From an uncultured Acidobacteriota bacterium (GTDB lineage: Bacteria > Acidobacteriota > Terriglobia > Versatilivoradales > Versatilivoraceae), in contig CAYWYX010000002.1 in assembly GCA_964462735.1 (NCBI GenBank), positions 11,766-44,889 on the forward strand: DNA of 33,124 nt, read 5' to 3'. Position numbers and translations under genes: made by a program. Shown piece after piece: positions 18,897-28,125 of the stretch (within the stretch, counting starts at the first letter, position 1; each line of letters begins with the position of its first letter). The notes under the pieces are model-generated. The model did no database searches. It was not told where the DNA came from and saw only the letters and a list, made by a program, of their open reading frames with translations.

Positions 18897-19763
18897 TTAG
18901 CGTGATGCGTGCAAAATAGCCCGTTTGTAGTGCCCCCCTCCAGGTTTTATGATTCCTTCATGATGGCCAACTAGTGATACTTTTTGAAAGCTTAGCTTCT
19001 TGAGAAGTTGTTCGAAACAGGCAAAGTTTGGCCAAAACCAGGAAACGGCATCCTGACCAGGTTGATCGCCTCCAACATATTCCATAGCAGGTATAGAATC
19101 AAAATTGGAAGGGAGACCTTGGGAAATAATTAACTTGCCCTTGCATAACGATGCTACAGCTGCCAGTGCCTTTAGAGGGTATAGAGTGTGAAGAAGAACA
19201 TCTCCAATGAAAACTAAATCAAAGGCCATCCCCCCAGTTTTTTCTAGAGATAAATCATAGATATTGGAGTAACAGCGCTTAACTTGGGATTTGAGAATTT
19301 TGCTACAAAGTTGAAAGGGACCATCTAAAAGTAAAAAATAGATCTGTTCGGGGTTTTTTTTAGTGAATAACCTTTCATTCTGTTTACTAGTGAAGGCAGA
19401 ATGGTTATACATCATGGCCTTAATTTCAGTAAGGGTTTGATTAATATCTTCGCCAGGGAAAACATCCAGATCATAAAGCGAAGGCACTTCGACAGAGAGG
19501 ACTTCTGCACCACGCTTTTCAAATTCAAATGAAAAAAAACCAGTGGCTGAACCTACATCAAGAATTCTCATACCAGTCATGTCAGTAGGAAACTGGAATA
19601 ATGGGAAACTTGAACGGTAATCATAACAGCCAGGCGTAGTTAGATTTTTTCCTAACTCAATGGTGTGGTACCAATAGTAATTACTTAAGTCGCCATAGCC
19701 AAGCACCTTAGCTTGATCAACAAATGCGCGAGCGGCACAGAAATGCGATTTTCGAAGGTCCAC
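18897..19763 (-). CDS. Class I SAM-dependent methyltransferase (CmoB/DUF1698-like)
   Basis: WYHTIEL...TPG, G.RILDVGSATGFFSFEFEKRGA, FDLVF.GDVLLH...P and W.PN motifs; AAGGAGG RBS before GTG. Confidence 0.8.
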   Translation of the reverse strand: MDLRKSHFCAARAFVDQAKVLGYGDLSNYYWYHTIELGKNLTTPGCYDYRSSFPLFQFPTDMTGMRILDVGSATGFFSFEFEKRGAEVLSVEVPSLYDLDVFPGEDINQTLTEIKAMMYNHSAFTSKQNERLFTKKNPEQIYFLLLDGPFQLCSKILKSQVKRCYSNIYDLSLEKTGGMAFDLVFIGDVLLHTLYPLKALAAVASLCKGKLIISQGLPSNFDSIPAMEYVGGDQPGQDAVSWFWPNFACFEQLLKKLSFQKVSLVGHHEGIIKPGGGHYKRAILHASR

Positions 19764-20195
19764 GATTAACCTCCTTCTTTTTAACGCTAAGAAAGTTTTT
19801 GTCTCCTAAAAGTGATCGATCCTTTTTCATAGGAGAAAGAAGTTAGGGAAATAATTATTTAATTTGTAAATCCATATATCTTTCATTAGAAGGTAAATTA
19901 GACCCATATGAAAACAGTTGCATTACTCTATCCAGTAATTATAACAGCAATGATCGTCCTCTAAGATTTCTTGATGTAATCTTTTGTAAATAGAGAAATG
20001 GATTTACTTGTTAGGGGGATTGGAGATGTAATATAGATATTAATAATTTTAATGTTCTTTGGAACTAAAATAATATTGTTATTGGCCTAATGAACAACTA
20101 CGAGCTATGTTGTTCTTGAAGGTGGGTATTTTTGGCAAGCGCAGGAAACTCAACAGTGAAAGTCTATCCTACTCTTTAAAGCAATACGAGGTAGC

Positions 20196-21062
20196 ATGAA
20201 GATTCGAGGGTTTGCTTGGTTCTTGTTACCAAGTTTCTTTCTTACAGTAGTAGTTTTCTTGCAAGGAGCGGCTCATTTTCCTCCTACTGTAAGCCCTTTC
20301 CACGTGTATGTAGATTCTGAGATGCTCTTTGCTTTTGAGTTGACACCTACCAAAGAAGCTTTTGTTGAAATTATTAACCTTGGAGAGAATCGAAGGTGTC
20401 TTTCAGTAGAGCGTATTACTATGAGAACTGAGGAGGGAAAGGTTATTAAATTCGATTCCTTTCTTTATGACGGGAACACCTCAAAGTTAAAGGGCAATCC
20501 TAGAGCCTGTGTACGTCAAAGGACTCGGCGCAGATTTGAGCTGGGATACAGTTTTGAATTTCCTGAGGAAGTACGCAAGGTAGTTTTTTTAATTGGTCGG
20601 CAAGCTTTTAGGTTGCAACCACTGTCAGCAAGTGAATACGAATCATTTGTCCAGAACTTCGAAAAGATCAATATTGAAGGGACTAGTGACTATCTTAAAA
20701 TGTTTAACTTGAGAGTGTTATATGGAAATAGTTTTTATGGGTCAAAAATTCGCTATCGGCGAGTTAAAGCTTCCAGGTTAAGTTATGGCAATCGTTCCCC
20801 TATCACAATACTAAGAACGTTTCCAATACCAACTAAAGAAGCTTTAAAGAAAGGGATTATGAGTGTTAGTGTCTCTTTAAAGTTGGATGAGAATGGTGAG
20901 GTTCTTAAGGTAGTACTGAAGGAACCCGTTGAAGCTAGATTTGCAGAACCTGCTCTGTATGAGGTAAGAAATTGGTGGGACTTTGCTCCTGGTTTTAAGG
21001 AAGGTCAGCCGGTTCCCAGTGAACAAAAAGCCACGGTAGTTTATAGGATATTAGAGCAATAA
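20196..21062 (+). CDS. Membrane-anchored or exported protein with a C-terminal TonB-like domain
   Basis: N-terminal hydrophobic segment; C-terminus P.EA.KKG...V.VSLKLDENGEV..V......FAEPA...V..W.F.PG.KEGQPV follows the TonB_C pattern; GAGG RBS. Confidence 0.65.
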   Translation: MKIRGFAWFLLPSFFLTVVVFLQGAAHFPPTVSPFHVYVDSEMLFAFELTPTKEAFVEIINLGENRRCLSVERITMRTEEGKVIKFDSFLYDGNTSKLKGNPRACVRQRTRRRFELGYSFEFPEEVRKVVFLIGRQAFRLQPLSASEYESFVQNFEKINIEGTSDYLKMFNLRVLYGNSFYGSKIRYRRVKASRLSYGNRSPITILRTFPIPTKEALKKGIMSVSVSLKLDENGEVLKVVLKEPVEARFAEPALYEVRNWWDFAPGFKEGQPVPSEQKATVVYRILEQ

Positions 21063-21111
21063 CTTACTATGCTAATGAACTTATTGGGTGGAAAAAAACT
21101 ATTCTAGACCT

Positions 21112-21954
21112 TTATAAATTAATTGATTCACTAATTTCGAAATATTTTTCCCCTTGTCGAATTCGAATAGCTTCATAGTTGGGGTCATGTTGAAGAGCAA
21201 TTAACCAATCTTCCTGACAGGCTTGTTTTAGATAAGTCCGTTTTTCTTCAACTGTTGTTAAGGGATAAACATCAAATCCCATGATGTAAGGCAGGGGAAG
21301 GTGAGACGCTGTTGGCATTAGGTCCCCACAAAAAAAGAGGGTAGTAGAACCATCTTGGATTCTAACCATTTCTAATCCCGTTGTATGGCCATTTGAGATT
21401 AAAAGATCAAGACCAGGAAAAAGTTCAGAAGGTCCGTCCAACACATTTAGTTGGGGGCTATTTTGGAAAGGCTCAATGTCCTCCTGATGATAGCTGCCAC
21501 GATCTTTTTCAGAAGGATTAAGTGCTCTTTCCCATTGGCTTTTTTGTATGAAGTAGCTAGCTGATGGGAAAGTTAGTTCTAGATGGTTATTCTTATACTG
21601 AGTACCACCTCCAGCATGGTCAAAGTGGAAGTGAGTTAAAATCACATCAGTGATATCAGTAGCTTCAAGGTCAAATTTGGATAAAGAGTTCTTAAGACTA
21701 AATTTGCTGTAATCAACATCATAAATTTTTTGTTGTTTTTCTGAGAATTTATGACCACAACCAACATCTACCAAAATTTTTTGATTTTCATAAAAGATGA
21801 GAAGGGTTCTTGAAGCTAAGTTTATTCGATTATACGTATCACTAGGGTTTTTCTTGCTCCACAGGGTTTTAGGAACGACTCCAAACATGGCACCACCATC
21901 AAGCCCAAAGCGGCCAGTTTCAATTGAAAAAACCTCATAATTACCGATTTTCAT
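21112..21954 (-). CDS. MBL-fold metallo-hydrolase, YtnP-like
   Basis: F.LDGGAMFGVVPK.LW family signature; THFHFDHAGG, GHT, GDL.P and HDP motifs. Confidence 0.9.
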   Translation of the reverse strand: MKIGNYEVFSIETGRFGLDGGAMFGVVPKTLWSKKNPSDTYNRINLASRTLLIFYENQKILVDVGCGHKFSEKQQKIYDVDYSKFSLKNSLSKFDLEATDITDVILTHFHFDHAGGGTQYKNNHLELTFPSASYFIQKSQWERALNPSEKDRGSYHQEDIEPFQNSPQLNVLDGPSELFPGLDLLISNGHTTGLEMVRIQDGSTTLFFCGDLMPTASHLPLPYIMGFDVYPLTTVEEKRTYLKQACQEDWLIALQHDPNYEAIRIRQGEKYFEISESINL

Positions 21955-22577
21955 AGTTTTAAACTTAGAGTAACGCCATCCCTCAACGGTAGTAGAGTAG
22001 TTAGGACTAAGGGTGATGCATAGGCAAGTTTATTAAACCGCTGAATTCCCAGAGTGCTGGGTGAGGGATCAGTATCGATGACTCTCCCTTGCCAAAGGGT
22101 ATTATCTGTAATCAGTAGGCCTCCCTTTTTCAATAGGGGGACTGCTAGACTAAAAACTTGTGGGTATTCGTGTTTGTCAACGTCATTTAGTATGATGTCG
22201 AACAAACCTGAATCCTGATTCAAGACAGATAAGGCATCACAAACTCGATATTGTATCATGTTCTCAACTTGAGCTTGTTTAAAAAACTGGGCTGCTAAAG
22301 AAGCATTTTCATTAGATCCGTCAGTACAGAAAATTTGGCCCGCTGGGTGAATTCCTTTTGAAAACCAAATTGCCGAGTAACCAAATCCTGAACCTAACTC
22401 CAGAATCCGTTTGGCTTTTGTAAGTAGTGCTAACTGGCATAAAAGACGGCCTACAAGGGGACCAATAATTGGAAAATCTTTTTTGTTTGCGAGTAGTTCC
22501 ATTTTTTTTAATACAGAATCTTGGGTAGGAGCTAAGGAATGAAGATAATCATTTAGCTCAGGCTTTAAAATATTCAT
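21951..22577 (-). CDS. O-methyltransferase (caffeoyl-CoA/YrrM-like family)
   Basis: ILELGSGFGYSAIW, FDIILNDVDK..Y, ITDNTLW.G and RDG motifs; 4-nt ATGA overlap with the downstream hydrolase gene. Confidence 0.9.
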   Translation of the reverse strand: MNILKPELNDYLHSLAPTQDSVLKKMELLANKKDFPIIGPLVGRLLCQLALLTKAKRILELGSGFGYSAIWFSKGIHPAGQIFCTDGSNENASLAAQFFKQAQVENMIQYRVCDALSVLNQDSGLFDIILNDVDKHEYPQVFSLAVPLLKKGGLLITDNTLWQGRVIDTDPSPSTLGIQRFNKLAYASPLVLTTLLPLRDGVTLSLKL

Positions 22578-22753
22578 CTGGAGATTTTTTCGTAGAAAAT
22601 ATCTTAACTAAACAAATAAAAAGTTTATTTTACTCTTGAGAACAATGCAATATTAAGAAAAAATCAAAGAAGACTCATTCGTATATTGTGTTTATTTTAA
22701 GAGTTTTTAATTTACTGCGGGACATATCATTTAGAACAAAATGAGGTTTTTGG

Positions 22754-23515
22754 ATGATCATTGGACTTTATGGCAGTGATTCAGTACTGATGACTAAAAT
22801 TAAGAAGAATTTAAGTGATCAAGGTTTTCAGTTCTGTGAATTTAATAAACTGGATAGTCATGAAGAGAATCGACATTATTTCTTTAGAAAGTTAAAAGCA
22901 CCAACTAATCGAGAAAACGTCTTTCGACAGAACATAATTTTAGTTTGGATTGGAGAATCAGTAGAATCAACGGTTCCATTTGATCTTGTTCTTTCTCCTC
23001 AAGACTCTGAAAAAGATTCGCAGATCCGGATTAATCATTTAATCAAAGATCAATTATCCAGTCTAGTGAGACCTTCTTGGGATGAATATTTTATGAGGAT
23101 TGCGCAGGTAGCTTCAATGCGCAGTAACTGTATCAAGCGCAAGGTAGGAGCTCTAATCATAAGAGACCGTCGAATAATTTCCACTGGGTACAATGGGACA
23201 CCTCGTGGTACGAAAAATTGTAACGAAGGTGGATGTCCGCGTTGCAACAGTTTGACAGCTTCAGGAACTCGTTTGGAGGATTGTTTGTGTTCTCACGCAG
23301 AGGAGAATGCCATTACTCAGGCAGCGTTTCACGGAACTACTGTCAAAGATGGAGTCCTCTACACTACGTTTTCACCGTGTTTAATGTGCGCCAAAATGAC
23401 TATAAATAGTGGAATTGTAGAAGTTATTTTCAATATAGAATACCCTTTGAATGAGATTTCATTTCAGTTATTTGAGCAAGCTGGAGTCAGAATCCGAAAG
23501 TTTAAATTGATCTAA
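22754..23515 (+). CDS. dCMP deaminase (ComEB/DCTD family) with an approximately 105-aa N-terminal extra domain
   Basis: RPSWDEYFM, RSNC..R.VGA, TGYNG, HAEENAI and PCLMC zinc motifs; GAGG RBS upstream of ATG 22754. Confidence 0.9.
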   Translation: MIIGLYGSDSVLMTKIKKNLSDQGFQFCEFNKLDSHEENRHYFFRKLKAPTNRENVFRQNIILVWIGESVESTVPFDLVLSPQDSEKDSQIRINHLIKDQLSSLVRPSWDEYFMRIAQVASMRSNCIKRKVGALIIRDRRIISTGYNGTPRGTKNCNEGGCPRCNSLTASGTRLEDCLCSHAEENAITQAAFHGTTVKDGVLYTTFSPCLMCAKMTINSGIVEVIFNIEYPLNEISFQLFEQAGVRIRKFKLI

Positions 23516-23619
23516 AATCGAGTAATGTAGCTGAATTGCTCGAGAAAATTAAACTATGAACTATTTTGATGCATTTAGGTTTTAGAGTTTTTTCTTAAAT
23601 GGAATTTAAGCTGATAACA

Positions 23620-24288
23620 TTATTTTTTTTGGAAAAGGACTTCTAAGATGTTGTGTTTCATTAGATAGAACTTTTTACTTTCGTATCCATTGAATAACTG
23701 AATGATGTCCCTAGTTTGATAAATTGTGGGAAGTTCCAATTTTCGACTAAGTGGAATTGCTCCTAAATCATTTTCCCCAAAAATTTGATATTTATGCAGT
23801 CTAGTTGGTGTACTTTCTTTTCGTGTGTGAAAGAGTCCTAGAACAAGGCTATTAGGTTTCATCATTGAAGAAAGTTTAATTATAAAACTCTTGGCAAATT
23901 TAGGATCCAAAAAGCTCAAACTGTCCCAACATATAACTCCATCAAAGAAAGCATGGGAGTACTTAAAATTTTCATCGAAAAATTTTTGTTCATCAAAAAC
24001 TGGTCTATCATCAACAGCCCGGAGGTAAATAGGTTTGGTGTATACTTCAATTAGGTCTTCCAAATACACTTTTGTACCTAATTCTAGAAAATATTCCACG
24101 TTTGGTCCAACAACAGCTCCTATGTCCAAAATGACTGCTTTTTCTTTACGACCTAAGGCTTGAAGAAACTCTCTGAGAATGTTTGATGGAAGCCTTATTG
24201 TACTCGAATGTGTTTTGTTTTGATTTTCTCTTTGTTCTACTGTATTGGGGCTAGATAGTCTTCTCCAGATGTTTAGTCGAGGTGACAT
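23620..24288 (-). CDS. Class I SAM-methyltransferase-like protein with a degenerate glycine loop
   Basis: ILDIGAVVG, FDGVICWD.L.FL and MKPNSLVL approximate motifs I-III. Confidence 0.6.
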   Translation of the reverse strand: MSPRLNIWRRLSSPNTVEQRENQNKTHSSTIRLPSNILREFLQALGRKEKAVILDIGAVVGPNVEYFLELGTKVYLEDLIEVYTKPIYLRAVDDRPVFDEQKFFDENFKYSHAFFDGVICWDSLSFLDPKFAKSFIIKLSSMMKPNSLVLGLFHTRKESTPTRLHKYQIFGENDLGAIPLSRKLELPTIYQTRDIIQLFNGYESKKFYLMKHNILEVLFQKK

Positions 24289-24412
24289 GGTTTTTATGGG
24301 AACCTTTTGAATTTATTCTGGACTAGCCTAACTCCTTAAGAAGAGCCTAAAAGGTCTAATTAAAACTAGATAGTGTCTAAAAATTACCTATTAACGTTAT
24401 TAATCGAGATTT

Positions 24413-24967
24413 CTAAAGTGTTGTATCTTTAAAGTTTTTGGGTAGAGACGCTGACTGTTGGCTAAAGTTCAGTTCGGTTTTTGGAGATTCTGTTTTTTTT
24501 GCTGTTTGGGTAGAGTTTTTCATGTCAATATTCCCTTTGAAGTAAGCTCCATCAGCGACACTGATACGAGGAGATGAAAGATCTCCAACAACTGAACCAG
24601 AAGCTTTAATCTCTAAAAGGCCACTAGTACTAACATTACCGACAATACTACCCATAACGGTAATGCTCTTGGCAAAAACTTCTGCTGTTATTTTTCCGTT
24701 TGGCCCTATGACAAGATTATGCTCCCTTAAATCAATCTTCCCTTCCACGCTACCTTCGATAGTTAAGTCTTCGTCTCCAGTTAATTCACCTTTGATAAAA
24801 ACAGATTTTCCAATATTAATTACACCTTTTTCGTTGAGTCCAAACTGTTCATTGGTAGCATCTTTTTCCTCAAACGCGTTCATGAGATTGTCTCCTTTAG
24901 AGTCACTGAAACGTGTCTCCTTATCCCTTTTCTTACTCCACAAATTAAAACTCGTTTTTAATGACAA
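24413..24967 (-). CDS. Bactofilin (polymer-forming cytoskeletal protein, CcmA family); start uncertain (24967, 24943 or 24883)
   Basis: IGKSVFIKGELTGDEDLTIEGSVEGKI...L.IG.NG.I.A...G.I.GN......I..SG.V.GD..SPRISVADGAYFKG.IDM beta-helix repeats. Confidence 0.92.
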   Translation of the reverse strand: MSLKTSFNLWSKKRDKETRFSDSKGDNLMNAFEEKDATNEQFGLNEKGVINIGKSVFIKGELTGDEDLTIEGSVEGKIDLREHNLVIGPNGKITAEVFAKSITVMGSIVGNVSTSGLLEIKASGSVVGDLSSPRISVADGAYFKGNIDMKNSTQTAKKTESPKTELNFSQQSASLPKNFKDTTL

Positions 24968-25358
24968 CTTTTACCTCAGTGAATGAGCACCACTGATACC
25001 ATTTATTAGCGCGTGGCCTCTATTGATTTTTAATGAAGAAATTTAGTTTTAAATTATACATTACACAGTGAATATAGATAACAAAAGAATTGATTCTCCA
25101 CATTGTTTTGGTATTAAAAAACGCAACCAAACAAGGTAAACTTGATGGTAAGAATTTGTTTTTAAGAAATCCTCTTAGTAAAAGCTTAACAGCAATAAAG
25201 AACCTATTTTTTGAATGTTTTATTAAAGATAGTACTTTAACATGAGCAAAACATTCGTGTTTTATTGAAATTTTAGAGCTTCCTATTAAGATAAAAGATT
25301 ATTTAGGAAGCACAAGTAACGTCGCTTATTGCTTATGTCAGACTGTATTAGAAAAGTC

Positions 25359-26663
25359 TTAAGATTTGGTGGAGGAGCAATAAGCTTGGTCAAGTATTTC
25401 AATTGGGTGCATTACTTTAATTTTTGGAAGGTTAGCCAAATTCAAGCCGTAAGAAATCTGGATTAGGCAGCCAGCGTTTCCTGTTGCTAGTATAGTAGGA
25501 GAGCAATTTCTTATGTCCTCAATTTTTCTTTTAAGGATACGCATTGAAAGATCATACTGAGTTACATTATAAATTCCAGCACTTCCGCAACATTGATCAG
25601 GGTTTTGTAATTCAACTAACTGGAGTTCCGGAATGCGTTTTAGCAATCCTCGAGGAGCTTGGGCAACTCTTTGGGCATGCAGGAGGTGACAAGGGTCATC
25701 ATAAGCTACACGCGCACGAAGTGGTCCAGGTGGTGAAAAATTAGGCAGGTTATATAAGAATTCTGAGATGTCTACTACTTTTTGACTGAAAGTTTGGGCT
25801 CTGAATTGAAATTCGGGGTCTTGTTTTAGAAGAGAGCCATATTCTTTGAGCTTAGCCCCACAGCCGGCAGCGTTTACTATAATCTTATCAACCCCAGCTT
25901 TTTCAAAAGCTTCAATATTTTTTTTTGCCATTTGTTTAGCGGTCGAAGAAATTCCAGCATGGGAATGAAGTGCTGCACAACACACTTGAGATTTTGGAAC
26001 AACAACTTCACATCCATTAAGTTGTAACACTCTAATGGTCGCACGGTGAATTGAGCCAAAGATTTCGTTCATCACACACCCTGTCAATAGTCCTACTCGA
26101 TGATGAACAGAAGCCTTTGGTTTAAAAACTGAACCGATATTGATCCTATTGCTTTTTAGGGTAAGATCAGGCAACAACTGCTCCAATTCCGCCAAATGGC
26201 CAGGAAATAACTTTAATAACTGGGAATTTCGAACTAGTTTTTGTAGGCCAGTACGTTGGTAAAGACGTAGTAAATCGAAATGAAATTTCAGTTTTCTTGG
26301 AGAGGGGAATACAAACTCAAATATATAACGACGAAGTATTCTTACTGGCCAAGGTCTGTGGAGTTGTTCCTCGACTACTTCACGAGCATTTTCTATTAGA
26401 TGACCATAGGGTACTCCAGAGGGGCATGCTGATTCACAGGCCCGACAATCAAGACAAGCAGAAATGTGTTGAGCAAAACTCCCTTGGACATCTATTTTTC
26501 CTTGCTGTTGAGCTTGCATCAAATAAATTCTTCCACGTGGGGAGTCTGCTTCCTTTCCTAGCTCAACATAGGTAGGGCAAGACTGTAAGCACAATCCACA
26601 ATGAATACATTGGGGGGTTAAGTCAGTTGTTGTGGTGCTACCTTGATTGTTTATGGGCTGCAT
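25359..26663 (-). CDS. glcF: Glycolate oxidase iron-sulfur subunit GlcF-like
   Basis: CIHCGLCLQSCP, SPRGRI, CLDCRACESACPSGV.Y; cysteine-rich CCG domains (GC, QVCC, AAGCG, DPCHL, QCCGSAG.YN, N.GC). Confidence 0.9.
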   Translation of the reverse strand: MQPINNQGSTTTTDLTPQCIHCGLCLQSCPTYVELGKEADSPRGRIYLMQAQQQGKIDVQGSFAQHISACLDCRACESACPSGVPYGHLIENAREVVEEQLHRPWPVRILRRYIFEFVFPSPRKLKFHFDLLRLYQRTGLQKLVRNSQLLKLFPGHLAELEQLLPDLTLKSNRINIGSVFKPKASVHHRVGLLTGCVMNEIFGSIHRATIRVLQLNGCEVVVPKSQVCCAALHSHAGISSTAKQMAKKNIEAFEKAGVDKIIVNAAGCGAKLKEYGSLLKQDPEFQFRAQTFSQKVVDISEFLYNLPNFSPPGPLRARVAYDDPCHLLHAQRVAQAPRGLLKRIPELQLVELQNPDQCCGSAGIYNVTQYDLSMRILKRKIEDIRNCSPTILATGNAGCLIQISYGLNLANLPKIKVMHPIEILDQAYCSSTKS

Positions 26664-26725
26664 AAAGGGCCATTTTAAAAGCTACTTAGTTAATAATAAT
26701 TGTAAAAGACTCTTGCTTGGTACAC

Positions 26726-28096
26726 TTAGACTACAAATCTACCTGGATTTAATATTTCTTGAGGATCCAACTGATTTTTAATCTGACTCATTATTTTTAG
26801 ATCCTTATAGCAATAACCCCAAGTATCAACTATTTTTTTTAGATTTTTCGGTCCAGATTCAATGATGACACTACCACGTGAAGATCTTAGCTTCGCTCGC
26901 CATTCTTTAATTAATTTGGCTAGTGCTTGAAAAGTTGGAACGGAGTTTTCAAGATGACAATACATTTGAATGATACCATTTCCAGCGTGTGCTTTTAGAA
27001 CAACAGAGCTATTAATTCCAGCTAAATTTTCTTCTAACAGATTAACCCAATGCACTAGTTGGCTAGGAAGAATATTAATTTTTAGCTTTACATTGTTATC
27101 CAGGTTTTTTGAAAGATAGGGACTATCTTCCCTCAATATTTCCCATAAGAGAAGGTGTTGTTTGGAATCACTTAACTCAATCCCTTCATCAACATAAGGC
27201 AACCACTTTTGTTGGAGCTCCCTAACTTGCCAATTAACTGATTTAGCTAGATCACTGAACCTGACGATAAGTGCATAACGATTAAATTTTTGGGACAAAT
27301 CCATTTTTCGACAAACAATTTCTAGACCCTCTGAATTGAGAAATTCTAAAGCAGAAGGTTGAAGAGAACTTCTAGAAAGGAGCACCATGGCATCATAGAT
27401 GTTCTGAAGGTTTTCGAATAGCATGACCACACTTTTTTCGTAGGCAGGAAGAGGTTTCAACTTAAAATAAAAATCAGAAAAAATGCCAAGAGTTCCCAAA
27501 GATCCTGTATAGAGCTTACACATGTCATAACCTGTTACATTTTTAACTACCCTTGAACCAAATTGTGTCCATGAGCCATCTGGTTGAAAGATTCCAATAC
27601 CTAACAAGTAATCACGAATTGTGCCATTACCAAAGCGACACGGGCCACTTGAATTGGTAGCAACAATTCCACCTAAAGTTGATAGTTCAGAATGGGGTGG
27701 ATCGATTGGTAGCCATAACCGGTCTGCCATTAAATGATTTTGTAACTGGCGTAGACAACAGCCACTCTCTACTCGAACGACTAAATCTTGAGGTTCATAC
27801 TCTGGAATTTGATTAAAGAACTTCGTACAAAGGGCTAAATCAAAACGTTTTGGAGAATTTCCTATTTCTTGTTTAGTCCCTGATCCAAAAGGTGCAACAC
27901 CCCAATTTGATTTCTGGGCAATCCTGATTATTTCACTCATTTCCTCTGAGGTTTTCGGGGAAGCTGCTATTTTTGGTTGAAGGCCATGAACTTTAAACCT
28001 AGAAAGTTGAGAGTTTGGGAGACTGCTAGGTATAGACAACTTTGTTTTGGAATTCAATGGATTTTGCAAGATAAATAACCTAGATTTAATTTTCAA
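26726..28096 (-). CDS. glcE: Glycolate oxidase FAD-binding subunit GlcE-like
   Basis: YEP.DL, DPP, TLGG.VAT..SGP.R, RVVKNVTGYD..KL..GS.GTLG and DP...LNPGR motifs; lies between glcD and glcF; exact start uncertain. Confidence 0.85.
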   Translation of the reverse strand: MKIKSRLFILQNPLNSKTKLSIPSSLPNSQLSRFKVHGLQPKIAASPKTSEEMSEIIRIAQKSNWGVAPFGSGTKQEIGNSPKRFDLALCTKFFNQIPEYEPQDLVVRVESGCCLRQLQNHLMADRLWLPIDPPHSELSTLGGIVATNSSGPCRFGNGTIRDYLLGIGIFQPDGSWTQFGSRVVKNVTGYDMCKLYTGSLGTLGIFSDFYFKLKPLPAYEKSVVMLFENLQNIYDAMVLLSRSSLQPSALEFLNSEGLEIVCRKMDLSQKFNRYALIVRFSDLAKSVNWQVRELQQKWLPYVDEGIELSDSKQHLLLWEILREDSPYLSKNLDNNVKLKINILPSQLVHWVNLLEENLAGINSSVVLKAHAGNGIIQMYCHLENSVPTFQALAKLIKEWRAKLRSSRGSVIIESGPKNLKKIVDTWGYCYKDLKIMSQIKNQLDPQEILNPGRFVV

Positions 28097-28125
28097 CGGT
28101 ACAAGTATTTGTCCTCTAGTTAATT

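Noticed and set aside
20116-20160. Glycine or c-di-GMP riboswitch-like words (GAAGG, GCAA, GGAAACTC)
   Set aside because: The required GGAGA/CTCAGG or GGCAAAC/GACGCAAAG elements and helices are absent
22754-23515. A bona fide AvcD/Dcd anti-phage system
   Set aside because: The protein is about half the size, Walker A is dead, and the context is housekeeping rather than a defence island; kept only as an evolutionary link
25308-25334. AAGCACAAGT...GCTTATTGCTT hairpin as the glcF terminator
   Set aside because: Imperfect stem and no immediate U-tract on the minus strand
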